In this document: piece by piece, positions 21,493 through 31,705 of the stretch
How the letters are laid out: every line of letters begins with the position of its first letter
How positions within the stretch are numbered: the stretch's first letter is position 1
Made by a program: the position numbers and the translations under genes
NCBI GenBank assembly: GCA_963726745.1
Contig: CAVSDR010000006.1
Span: 192,001 to 256,000, forward strand
Source of the DNA: an uncultured Verrucomicrobiae bacterium
GTDB lineage: Bacteria > Verrucomicrobiota > Verrucomicrobiia > Chthoniobacterales > UBA10450
Length of the DNA stretch: 64,000 nucleotides
Direction: 5' to 3'
Notes under the pieces: generated by a model
Seen by the model: only the letters and a program-made list of their open reading frames with translations
Told to the model about the DNA's origin: nothing
The model's database searches: none

Positions 21493-22451
21493 GGCGTCGG
21501 CAAATTCGCGGCGGCAGGGTAAAGCCAGCGCATGTACTCGGCTACCCCGGCCTCGAGCGAATAGCTGGGCTCGTACTGCAGGGCGTCGCGCACCGCGGTC
21601 AGGTCGGCCTGGGTGAAATTCTGGTAATGCGCGTGCGGGTTCTCGATATACTCCGGCTCGAAGTTCGTCCCTAACGAGTGGTTCAGGATCTGCACGAGCT
21701 CGTTAAAAGAACGCGCCCGGCCGGAACCGAGATTGTAAATTCCGCTCTTGAGCGCATCGAAGCCGCGCAGGCAGCCTTGCACGATGTCCTGCACGTAAAC
21801 GAAATCCCGCTGCTGTTCGCCGTGCCGGAAGATGCGCGGCCGCTGCCCCGCGGTCATTTGCCGCGAGAGATGGTAAATCATGCTCGCAGGCACCCCTTTG
21901 TGCGCCTCGCGCGGCCCGTAGACATTGAAGAAGCGCAGCCCGACGATGACCCACTCCGGATTCTCCGCCGCGGCATGGCGGGCGATGTTATCCATGATCG
22001 CCTTCGAGAAGGCGTAGACGTTCGCGGGCGCGGCGCCGCTCTCTTCGTTGCTCGCCGTGGTCGCGTTACCGTAGGTCGCGGCGGAGGAAGCGTAGACCAC
22101 GCGCGTCTGGTGCGGGCGCGCGAAACGCAACAACCGCCGAAAGCTTTCGACGTTGTCGTGCGTTTGCACAAACTGGTCGTGCACCGTGGTGTCGGTGATC
22201 GAGGCCAGGTGGAAAATGCCGTCAAATTTCTCGTCGCCGAATTGCTCCTCCCAGTCCAACTGCGCGAGGTCGGCAGCGATGAAGTCGCCCCGGTAGCCGG
22301 CGAGATTCTTGAAGTCGCCCGAGCGGAAATCGTCGATCACCGTCAGCCGGCCCTTGGGATAATGCTCCTGCAGAGCGAGGACGAGATTCGAGCCGATAAA
22401 GCCGGCGCCGCCCGTGACGAGCAAGTGGAGAGGAGAAGCGGAAACTTTCAC
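21489..22451 (-). CDS. rfaD: ADP-L-glycero-D-manno-heptose 6-epimerase
   Basis: VTGGAGFIGSN, YASSAATYG, YAFSK, RFFNVYGPREAHKG, YQNFTQAD. Confidence 0.85.
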   Translation of the reverse strand: MKVSASPLHLLVTGGAGFIGSNLVLALQEHYPKGRLTVIDDFRSGDFKNLAGYRGDFIAADLAQLDWEEQFGDEKFDGIFHLASITDTTVHDQFVQTHDNVESFRRLLRFARPHQTRVVYASSAATYGNATTASNEESGAAPANVYAFSKAIMDNIARHAAAENPEWVIVGLRFFNVYGPREAHKGVPASMIYHLSRQMTAGQRPRIFRHGEQQRDFVYVQDIVQGCLRGFDALKSGIYNLGSGRARSFNELVQILNHSLGTNFEPEYIENPHAHYQNFTQADLTAVRDALQYEPSYSLEAGVAEYMRWLYPAAANLPTP

Positions 22452-22514
22452 GAGGTTGGCGATAAATAAAGGTTGAGCCGCGAAGCGCAAGCCGCTACTT
22501 CTGCGCCGGTTCTT

Positions 22515-22710
22515 TGCGAGTTTCGATCAGTGGATCGGTGCGAGAAATCCCGTTTGAACCGGGAGCAGTCGCGCTGCTGTAACTGGATACGACTTCCCAC
22601 AGCCAATCGCCGGATTTTCCTCCGGCGGTGAAGGCGGGAAGAAGGTGCGCCTCGACTACTCGTTAGCCGAGGCCGGAAGCCAGGAGCCAGAACATTTGCC
22701 CGAGCCCACC
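22515..22710 (+). ncRNA. Cobalamin (B12) riboswitch
   Basis: Hairpins TCCCG-tttgaac-CGGGA and GCAG-tcgcg-CTGC followed by TGTAAC, GCCA..., GGGAAG and a B12-box-like GAGCCAGAACATTTGCCC; lies directly upstream of a BtuB-like receptor. Confidence 0.75.
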
Positions 22711-22835
22711 TCATTCGCCGGCGTGAGTGCGCCGCGCGAGAAAACTTCTTCGCAAAAAAGAAGATTGAGAGCAGTGGTTTGTCGCAGGGAAAATCTGCCG
22801 GCGTCCTCCGCTTCTCAGCAACTGGAGGCTACATC

Positions 22836-24704
22836 ATGTCGGCTAAATATTGGAATGCGTGCGTCTGCGCGCTGGGTTTGGTATTGGTGCGCGCGCTCGT
22901 CGCGCAGGAGGCAGTCACGGAAACGGCAGCATCGTGGTCAGCGCCACGCGGCTGCGCTTTCCGGAAACGGAAAGTCCCGCCAGCATCACCGTGCTCACAG
23001 ACGAGGAACTGGAGCAACAGCAGGTCCGGCGCGTGGCCGACGCCCTGCGCGAAGTGCCCGGCCTCACGATCGTGCAAACCGGCGCGCCCGGGCAGTTGAC
23101 CTCGCTCTTTACCCGCGGCCTGCGCAGCGAGCACACGCAGGTTTTGATCGACGGCATTCCGGTAAACCAGGGATTGCAGGGCGCGTTTAACTTTGCCGAT
23201 CTCACGCTCGACAACATCGAGCGCATCGAGGTGGTGCGCGGTCCGCAAAGCACGCTTTACGGTCCGCGCGCCCTCGCGGGCGCGGTCCAGCTTTTCACCC
23301 GCCAAGGGCGCGGCGCCCCGAGCGGCGCGCTCACTGCGGAGGCCGGCAGTTTCGGGAGCTTCCGCGAGAGCTTCGCCCTCCAGGGCGCATTCCAAAATGT
23401 CGACTATTCCGCGAGCGTGAGCCGCTTTGACACCGAGAACGAGCGCCCGAACAACCAGTATCGCCTGAGCAGCGGCGTGGCCAGCGTCGGCTGGTCGCCT
23501 AACGACCAGTTCCGCCTCGGGAGCCTGTTCCTCTACTCGTTAGCCGATACCGGCAACCCGGACTCGATTTTCCACCCGAAGCCGTTCGACAACTTCCTGA
23601 CCGAGCGCTGGCTCCTCGGGCCGCACCTCGATTTCCGCCCGGTCGAATGGTGGGAGCACAAGCTAATCGTGGCCTACGATCACGAGCGGCAGGTGAACGA
23701 CCCGAACGAGGACGGCTTCGTCGGTCCGACGCGCGCGCTCTTCACCCGCTTCACGGTCGATTACCAAAACAACGCGCGGATCACTTCGTGGCTCACGCTG
23801 ACCACGGGCGCGTTTTACAGCCGGGTGGAGGCCGGCCAGGAGCGGCCCTTCATTTCGCAGTTCTTCGGGCCGAATCCCACCTTCATCAGCGACCAGACCG
23901 AGCAGGCCTCCGGCTTCGCGCAGGTCACGCTCACGCCGCTCGCCGGCCTCACGCTCGTGGGCGGCGGCCGCTACGATCACTTCAACCAATTCGGCGACAT
24001 CTGGACCTACCGGGTGGCCGGGAGTTATCTCGTTAGGCAAACAGACAGCACCCTGCACGCGAGCCTCGCCACCGGCTTCAGCCCGCCAAGCAGCCAGGAC
24101 AAGATCTTCGGGAATAATTTCGGCGCTCGAACCGGAGCGGAACCGCGGCTGGGATGCGGGCCTGGAGCAGCGTTTCTGGAAGGGCCGGGTGCAACTCGGC
24201 GCGACCTTTTTCCACAATCGGCTCTCGAACGTGATCGGCTTCAACGGCCTCTTCGAGACACTCAATCTCGGCGCCGCGCGCACGCAGGGCGTGGAGGCGG
24301 AGCTGAAGCTACGCCCGCTGCCGGAGCTCGTCTTCACCGCGAGCTACACCTATCTCGAAGCGGAGAAAACTTCCGCCGCCGATATTAGCCAGCCCGTTGG
24401 CGCCCGCCTCCCGCGACGTCCGCGCCACGAAGGCTACGCTTCCGTGAATTACCTTTGGGGCGGCAAACTCCGCACGATCGCCGAGGCGCGCTTCGTGAAT
24501 GCGCGCGAGGAACTGAGCTTCGGCGGGCCGAATTTCGATCTCGAAGACTACGCCGTGGTCAATCTCGCCGCGGAGTATGCGCTCAATCCCCACCTCACGC
24601 TCTTCGGCCGGATCAACAACCTGGCCGATGAAAAATACGCCGAGGTCTACGGTTTCCCCGCGCTCGGCCGCGCGGCCTACGGCGGCGCGCGGATTTCATT
24701 TTAG
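22836..24704 (+). CDS. btuB: TonB-dependent cobalamin receptor BtuB-like; frameshifts near 22925 and 24125
   Basis: RBS GGAGG then ATG and a signal peptide; TonB box IVVSATR; plug motif IERIEVVRGPQSTLYG; terminal aromatic residue; upstream B12 riboswitch. Confidence 0.8.
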
Positions 24705-24787
24705 CCGGCAACCTGGGGGCAAAAGTCGGCCGCTCGCCAGCCAGCGAAAGCCTGTGGTATTCTTCCACTGCGTCCTCGCATTTGCCC

Positions 24788-26254
24788 ATGCTTTTGAATC
24801 CTACTCTCCTCCTCGCCCTCGTCGGGCTGGCCGCGTTTGCGGCCGGCGTCGCCATCACCTGGATCCTGATGCGCCAGCAGCGCGCGCTCGCCGTGGGCGA
24901 GTGCGAGTCCGTGCTCACCCGCCAAATCGCCGAGCTTTCGCAGTCGCTGGCCGCGGCGCAGGAGAAGAATAGCCGGATTCCGGAGTTGGAACTCTCCGCG
25001 GCCGCGGCCACGCGCGAGCTGCAAGTCTTGCGCGACCAGCAATCGCGCTCGGCCACGCGGATGGCTTCGATGGAAACGCAGCTCACGCAGGAACGAAAGG
25101 CGACCGCGGAGAAGCTCGCGGTGCTGGACGAGGCGCAGGCGCGTTTTTCCGATGCCTTCAAGGCGCTCTCGGCCGAGGCCCTGCGGCACAACAACACTTC
25201 CTTCCTCGAGCTGGCCAAGAGCACGCTCGAAAAAACCCAGGAAGGCGCGCGCCATGATCTCGAAAAACGCCAGACCGCGATCGACTCGCTGGTCACGCCC
25301 ATGCGCGAGTCGCTCGACAAAGTAGACGCCAAGATCACCGAGCTGGAGAAAGCGCGCGCCAGCGCCTACGAAGGCCTGACCACGCAGGTGCGTTCGCTCG
25401 CGGAGACGCAGAATTATCTCCGCTCGGAGACGAGCAACCTGGTGCGCGCGCTCCGTTCCCCGATCGTGCGCGGGCGCTGGGGCGAAATTCAACTGCGCCG
25501 CGTGGTGGAATTAGCCGGCATGACCGAGCATTGCGACTTCATCGAGCAAACCACGGTGCACACCGAGGAGGGTCGGCTGCGCCCCGACCTCGTGGTTCGC
25601 CTGCCCGCGGGGAAGACCATCGTGGTCGACGCGAAGGCCTCGCTGAACGCTTACATGGAAGCGCTCGAGGCGGCGGATGACGAAGCGCGCATCGCCCGGC
25701 TGCAGCACCACGCGGTGCAAGTGCGCGGCCACATCGAGAAGCTCTCGCGCAAGGCTTACTGGGAGCAGTTTGAAAACGCGCCCGATTTTGTCGTTCTCTT
25801 CCTGCCCGGCGAAGTCTTCTTCTCCGCTGCGCTCGAGCGCGACCCGATGCTGATCGAGTTCGGCGCCGACCGGAAAATCATCCTGGCCACGCCCACGACT
25901 TTGATTGCGCTCCTGCGCGCGGTTTGCTTCGGCTGGCGCCAGGAAAAGATCGCGCAGAACGCGCGCGAGATCAGCCAACTAGGCAGCGAGCTCTACAAGC
26001 GTTTCGCCGATCTTTCCGGTCACGTGACCAAGCTCGGCAAAAGCCTGAGCCACTCGGTCGAGGCGTATAACAAAACCGTCGGCAATCTCGAAAGCCGCGT
26101 GCTCGTTTCTGCGCGCAAATTCAAGGAACTGGGCGCCGCGCCCATGGGGATGGAAATCGAGATCCTCCCGCAGGTGGAACAAATCGCGCGCGAGATGCAG
26201 GCGCCCGAACTGCTCCCGTTGCCGGAAAACGGCGAGAACGGCGCGCACACCTAG
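24788..26254 (+). CDS. rmuC: DNA recombination protein RmuC
   Basis: N-terminal TM helix and coiled coil; RGRWGEIQL, RPDLVVRLP, VVDAK, FVVLFLPGE, ATPTTLIALL. Confidence 0.92.
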   Translation: MLLNPTLLLALVGLAAFAAGVAITWILMRQQRALAVGECESVLTRQIAELSQSLAAAQEKNSRIPELELSAAAATRELQVLRDQQSRSATRMASMETQLTQERKATAEKLAVLDEAQARFSDAFKALSAEALRHNNTSFLELAKSTLEKTQEGARHDLEKRQTAIDSLVTPMRESLDKVDAKITELEKARASAYEGLTTQVRSLAETQNYLRSETSNLVRALRSPIVRGRWGEIQLRRVVELAGMTEHCDFIEQTTVHTEEGRLRPDLVVRLPAGKTIVVDAKASLNAYMEALEAADDEARIARLQHHAVQVRGHIEKLSRKAYWEQFENAPDFVVLFLPGEVFFSAALERDPMLIEFGADRKIILATPTTLIALLRAVCFGWRQEKIAQNAREISQLGSELYKRFADLSGHVTKLGKSLSHSVEAYNKTVGNLESRVLVSARKFKELGAAPMGMEIEILPQVEQIAREMQAPELLPLPENGENGAHT

Positions 26255-26302
26255 ACCATTTTTTTGCGTTGTCTGGCGGCGGTGCGGGCCTAGCGTGATC
26301 TT

Positions 26303-27292
26303 ATGAGCGCAACCGCCGAACCCAAGGCCGCCGCGGGCTTGAACCAGCTCGAGCAACTCAAGAAATTCACCAAGGTCGTCGCCGACACGGGCGACTTCGA
26401 AACCATCCGCGAGTTCCGCCCGCAGGACGCGACGACCAATCCCAGCCTCATTTTTGCGGCCACGCAAAAGGAGGAATACGGCCACCTGCTGGAGAAAGTG
26501 CTGGCTGATCGCAAGCGCAGCGGCTTGAGCGGCGCGGCCCAGGTCGAGGACATCATCGACAACCTCCTGGTCAGCTTCGGCCAGCAGATCCTCGAGATCG
26601 TGCCCGGCCGCGTTTCCACCGAGACCGATGCGCGCCTCTCCTTCGATACCGAAGGCACGGTGCAAAAAGCCAAACAGCTCATCGCCCTTTACCAGGCGAA
26701 AGGCATCGGGCGCGAGAGAGTGCTGATTAAAATCGCCTCCACCTGGGAAGGCATTGCCGCCGCGGAGCGGCTTGAGAAAGAAGGCATCCACTGCAATCTC
26801 ACGCTCCTCTTTTCGCTCGTGCAGGCGGTCCGTTGCGCCGAGGCGCGGGTGCAATTGATCTCGCCGTTTGTTGGTCGCATCTATGATTGGTTCAAGGCCG
26901 CAAACAAGCGCGACTACACCGGCGCGGAAGATCCCGGTGTGCAGTCGGTCCAGGAGATTTACACCTACTACAAGAAGTTCGGCTACGAGACCGAGGTGAT
27001 GGGCGCGAGCTTCCGGAACGTCAGCCAAATCATCGAGCTGGCCGGCTGCGACCTGCTCACGATCAGCCCCGAGCTGCTCGCGAAACTGGCGGAGTCGCAC
27101 GAGAAAGTGGAGCGGAAGCTCGACCCGGAAAAGGCGAAGAGTGCGCCGATCGAGCGCCGCGAAGCGGACGAGAAAAAGTTTCGCTACCTCCTGAACGACG
27201 ACGCCATGGCGACCGAGAAAACGGCCGAGGGCATCCGCAAATTTGCCGCCGACATCGTGAAGCTGGAGAAATTCGTCGCCGCGAAGTTGTAG
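26303..27292 (+). CDS. tal: Transaldolase
   Basis: [48 protein letters not shown]. Confidence 0.96.
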   Translation: MSATAEPKAAAGLNQLEQLKKFTKVVADTGDFETIREFRPQDATTNPSLIFAATQKEEYGHLLEKVLADRKRSGLSGAAQVEDIIDNLLVSFGQQILEIVPGRVSTETDARLSFDTEGTVQKAKQLIALYQAKGIGRERVLIKIASTWEGIAAAERLEKEGIHCNLTLLFSLVQAVRCAEARVQLISPFVGRIYDWFKAANKRDYTGAEDPGVQSVQEIYTYYKKFGYETEVMGASFRNVSQIIELAGCDLLTISPELLAKLAESHEKVERKLDPEKAKSAPIERREADEKKFRYLLNDDAMATEKTAEGIRKFAADIVKLEKFVAAKL

Positions 27293-27316
27293 GCTAATTT
27301 TTTCGGCGCGCGGCTC

Positions 27317-27811
27317 GTGTTCAATATCGTCCTGGTCGAGCCGGAGATCCCGCCGAACACGGGCAACATCGGCCGCCTTTGCCTGGCCACGCGCTCGGCT
27401 TTGCACCTGGTGCAGCCGCTCGGGTTTGCGATCGACGATCGCCAACTGCAGCGCGCGGGACTCGACTACTGGAAGGAGGTGGACGTGCGCCTTTGGCCTT
27501 CCCTGGCCGCGCTCCAGGCCGCGCAAGCTGCCGCGGCGCGCTATTTTTTCCTGACCACGAAGACGACGCGGGCCTACACCGCGGTGACTTTTCGCGCGGG
27601 CGATTTCCTGGTTTTCGGTCGCGAAACCAAAGGCTTGCCGGAGCCGCTGCTCGCGGCCCACCGCGAGCAACTTCTCACCATCCCGATGCACGGAACGCGC
27701 AGTCTCAACCTCGCCACTGCGGTCGCGATCGTGCTCTTCGAGGCCATGCGGCAGGTGAACTTGCCGGCTAATGAAAGAGGCATCGCAACCGGCGGGGCAG
27801 ACGAAGGTTGA
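27317..27811 (+). CDS. trmL: tRNA (cytidine/uridine-2'-O)-methyltransferase TrmL
   Basis: PEIPPNTGNIGRLC, RAGLDYW, FGRETKGL, RSLNL. Confidence 0.93.
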   Translation: MFNIVLVEPEIPPNTGNIGRLCLATRSALHLVQPLGFAIDDRQLQRAGLDYWKEVDVRLWPSLAALQAAQAAAARYFFLTTKTTRAYTAVTFRAGDFLVFGRETKGLPEPLLAAHREQLLTIPMHGTRSLNLATAVAIVLFEAMRQVNLPANERGIATGGADEG

Positions 27812-27845
27812 ATAAGTGGGGCGTCCCCACGGTCCAACTTAAACC

Positions 27846-28685
27846 ATGAAACGTTTTTCACTCCTACTCGTGCTCGCCGGCCTGGCCTTCACGCACACCG
27901 GCTTCGCCGAAGACGAAGCCAAGGCGCAGAAGCAAACCGGGAAGCATTTCCAGAACGCACTCGCGCGTGCTTCGCGCAACGCCGTGCGCCAGAATCAGCC
28001 GCGCGCCCAGCCAAACGTCCAGCGGCAGCAGAATGTTGCTCGCCAGAACGCGGCGCAACGGCAACTTAACAACGCCAACGTCCAGCGCGGGAGCAATCGC
28101 GTGGCCGTGCCGAATCGGGCCCGCGGCACGCGCGCCGACGGCGGCAATCGCGTTTACTCCGGCGGGCGGGTGAACTCCGGGAGCAATCTCGAATACGGCA
28201 CGCGCAACCGTGGCAACAACGACAACGCGCGCGTCTGGCGCGACCGGAACAACGAGAACCGCGCCGATCGCGTGGCGCGTTCCGGCAATTGGAATCGCGG
28301 CGATGGCCGCCGCTACAATCGCAGCTGGGATCGTCGCCGCCACGACCGCAGCTACTGGAGAAACAACTACACCCGCTTCACGATCTACGGTGGCGGCTAT
28401 TACTACTGGGATAGCGGCTACTGGTATCCCGCTTACGGCTACAGCCCGGCCTACAGCACCTACGCCTACGACGCGCCCATCTACGGCTACAACAACCTCG
28501 ATCCGCAGCAGGTGATGGCAAACGTGCAGAGCTCGCTGCAACAGCGCGGCTATAACGCCGGCGGCGTGGATGGGGTCTACGGTCCCCGCACCCGTCGCGC
28601 GATCCTCGCTTTCCAGCGCGACAATGGCCTCGACCCGACCGGTGTGGTCGATGCGGATACGCTCGGCGCTCTCGGCCTCGGCTAA
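27846..28685 (+). CDS. Secreted protein with an R/N/Q/G-rich low-complexity region, a Tyr-rich segment and a C-terminal peptidoglycan-binding domain
   Basis: Signal peptide; C-terminal VQSSLQQRGY..GGVDGVYGPRTRRAILAFQRDNGL.PTG is PG_binding_1-like. Confidence 0.85.
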   Translation: MKRFSLLLVLAGLAFTHTGFAEDEAKAQKQTGKHFQNALARASRNAVRQNQPRAQPNVQRQQNVARQNAAQRQLNNANVQRGSNRVAVPNRARGTRADGGNRVYSGGRVNSGSNLEYGTRNRGNNDNARVWRDRNNENRADRVARSGNWNRGDGRRYNRSWDRRRHDRSYWRNNYTRFTIYGGGYYYWDSGYWYPAYGYSPAYSTYAYDAPIYGYNNLDPQQVMANVQSSLQQRGYNAGGVDGVYGPRTRRAILAFQRDNGLDPTGVVDADTLGALGLG

Positions 28686-28760
28686 CGACGCGGAGAAATT
28701 AGACAGCGCGCTGGCGTGCTCATTGCGCGCCAGCGCGTTTTCGCGTTCACTGTGCGCCAC

Positions 28761-29426
<666 letters not shown>

Positions 29427-29468
29427 AGCTTGCCGCAGCGCGGCGCTTCGCCCTACCCTCGCGGGCGG

Positions 29469-30959
29469 ATGAACCGCAAGCCGCAGGAACGCCGGGAACT
29501 GGCCAGCTCGTTAGGCCAACTCGACGCGACCATGATCGTCATCGGGTCGATGATCGGGTCGGGTATTTTCATCACCTCGGCGGAGTCCGCCCGGTTGGTC
29601 GGCGCGCCCGGCTGGCTCCTGCTCGCGTGGGCTCTCGCGGGCTTGCTCACGATCACCGGCGCGCTCTGCTGCGCGGAGCTCGCGGCGATGATGCCGCAGG
29701 CCGGCGGGCAATACGTCTTCCTGCGCGAGGCCTACAGCCCGCTCTTTGGTTTTCTTTTCGGCTGGGCGGTGTTGCTGGTCATCCAGACAGGCACGATTGC
29801 CGCGGTCGCGGTTGCCTTCGCCAAGTTTACCGGCGTGCTCTTCCCCGCGATCGCGGGCGATCACTACCTGGTCGCGCCGATCTCGCTCGGGCATTACGCC
29901 TTCAGCCTTTCGACCGAGCAGCTCGTGGCCGTGCTCATGATCTTGCTGCTGACCTGGAGCAACACCCGTGGGCTCGAACTCGGGAAACTGGTCCAGAACA
30001 GCTTCACCTTTGCGAAAACGGCGGCGCTCCTCGGGTTGATCGTCATTGGCCTCTCGTTAGGCTGGAATCCCGCGAGCGCGGCGCGCAGTGCGGCCTGGTG
30101 GAATTCGTCGGCTAATGGCTGGATCCCGCAAGTGGCCCAGCCCGGCCTCGCGGCCACCGGCGCCTTCGCGCTCGTGCTCTTGTTAGGCAAAGCGATGGTC
30201 GGCCCGCTCTTCGCGCAATCCGCCTGGAACAATGTCACCTTCACCGGCAGCGAGGTGCGCGATCCCGGCCGCACCCTGCCCCGCGCGCTCCTCATCGGCT
30301 GCGGCGTAGTCGTCGCCCTCTACCTGCTGGCCAACGTGGCCTACGTCGCCACGCTCCCGCTCGACGGCATCCAGCACGCGCCGCAGAACCGGGTCGCCGT
30401 CGCCGCCATGCATGCCGTTCTCGGCCCGGCCGGCACGATCTCGATGGCGCTGGCGATCATGATCTCCACCTTCGGATGCAACAACGGCCTCATCCTCGCC
30501 GGCGCGCGCGTCTCCTACGCGATGGCGCGCGACGGGCTCTTTTTCCGGAAAGTGGCGCAGCTCAATAGACAGCATGTTCCCGCCGCCGCACTGCTCATCC
30601 AAGGCGTCTGGGCAGCGCTCCTGACCCTGCCGCGCACGGTCACCACGGACGCGACTACCGGCGTCGTCGCCTATGGCAATGTCTACACGCAACTCCTGGA
30701 ATACATCGTTTCCGCCGACCTCTTCTTCTACGTCCTCATGGTCGGCGCGGTCATCGTGCTCCGCTGGAAGATGCCAGCCGCGCCTCGGCCCTATCGCACC
30801 TGGGGTTATCCGCTGGTCCCGCTGATTTACCTGGTGATCGCGCTCGCGCTCATCGTCGACCTGGTCTTCCTCGCCCCGACCACGTCCGGAATCGGCTTCC
30901 TGCTCGTGCTCACCGGAGTGCCGGTTTACTTCGCGTGGCGAAAAAATTCCCAAGCATGA
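29469..30959 (+). CDS. APC family amino acid permease
   Basis: GSMIGSGIF, AELAAMMPQAGGQY, RPYRTWGYP. Confidence 0.92.
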   Translation: MNRKPQERRELASSLGQLDATMIVIGSMIGSGIFITSAESARLVGAPGWLLLAWALAGLLTITGALCCAELAAMMPQAGGQYVFLREAYSPLFGFLFGWAVLLVIQTGTIAAVAVAFAKFTGVLFPAIAGDHYLVAPISLGHYAFSLSTEQLVAVLMILLLTWSNTRGLELGKLVQNSFTFAKTAALLGLIVIGLSLGWNPASAARSAAWWNSSANGWIPQVAQPGLAATGAFALVLLLGKAMVGPLFAQSAWNNVTFTGSEVRDPGRTLPRALLIGCGVVVALYLLANVAYVATLPLDGIQHAPQNRVAVAAMHAVLGPAGTISMALAIMISTFGCNNGLILAGARVSYAMARDGLFFRKVAQLNRQHVPAAALLIQGVWAALLTLPRTVTTDATTGVVAYGNVYTQLLEYIVSADLFFYVLMVGAVIVLRWKMPAAPRPYRTWGYPLVPLIYLVIALALIVDLVFLAPTTSGIGFLLVLTGVPVYFAWRKNSQA

Positions 30960-31705
30960 ATCCGAAGACTTTTCCCTGCCTGGGCCTGCTCTTCCTTTTC
31001 GCCGCTTTCCCGCAGCCGGTGGGCGCAACGGAAGGCGCGTTTTATGATCAACGCGGCCAGCCCGGAAGCAACGCCGATGGTCGCTGGGAGAGCCTATGGA
31101 ACCGCGCCTTCGCGGAGGTGGACGAGCAGCGTTACGACCAGGCCATTCGCTCGTTAGACCTCGCCCTCGAATCGGGTCCGCCACCAAGTGCTCTGGCTGG
31201 CATTTATCTGCTGCGCGGGAACGCGCTCTTCCGCAAAGGCGAGCGCACCCGGGCGCGCGCCGACTACGAGCGGACGGTCCGTTTCCCCGTGAAGACGGCC
31301 GATGACTACGCCGTGCGCGCGGGCGCCTGGGAGAAGCTCGGCAATTTCCAATCTTCCGCAGCCGATTACGTACGCGCCTCCGCGCTCGCGCCCGATCGCT
31401 TTGAGGCGTTGAATCGGCTGGCTTGGTTTCGCGCAACCTGCCCGGAGGCCGCCTACCGTAATGGCCGCGAAGCGCTCGAACTCGCCAATAAAGCCTGCTC
31501 CTGGACGCACTGGCATAACGCGGACGTGATCGACACGCTGGCGGCGGCAGAAGCGGAGATAGGCGACTTCGAGCGCGCGGTGCTGCACGAAGAACAGGCG
31601 ATCAAGAAAACCGAACGCTCCCAGCGCCGCGCACTCGAGGAACGGCTCGCGCTTTACCGAGCGCGCAAACCTTTTCGCGACATCCCGAAGTCCCCGGCTG
31701 GCTGA
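30956..31705 (+). CDS. Secreted tetratricopeptide repeat protein
   Basis: Signal peptide, TPR helices, LAWFRATCP..YRNG and DTLAAA.AE.GDF..A motifs. Confidence 0.85.
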   Translation: MNPKTFPCLGLLFLFAAFPQPVGATEGAFYDQRGQPGSNADGRWESLWNRAFAEVDEQRYDQAIRSLDLALESGPPPSALAGIYLLRGNALFRKGERTRARADYERTVRFPVKTADDYAVRAGAWEKLGNFQSSAADYVRASALAPDRFEALNRLAWFRATCPEAAYRNGREALELANKACSWTHWHNADVIDTLAAAEAEIGDFERAVLHEEQAIKKTERSQRRALEERLALYRARKPFRDIPKSPAG

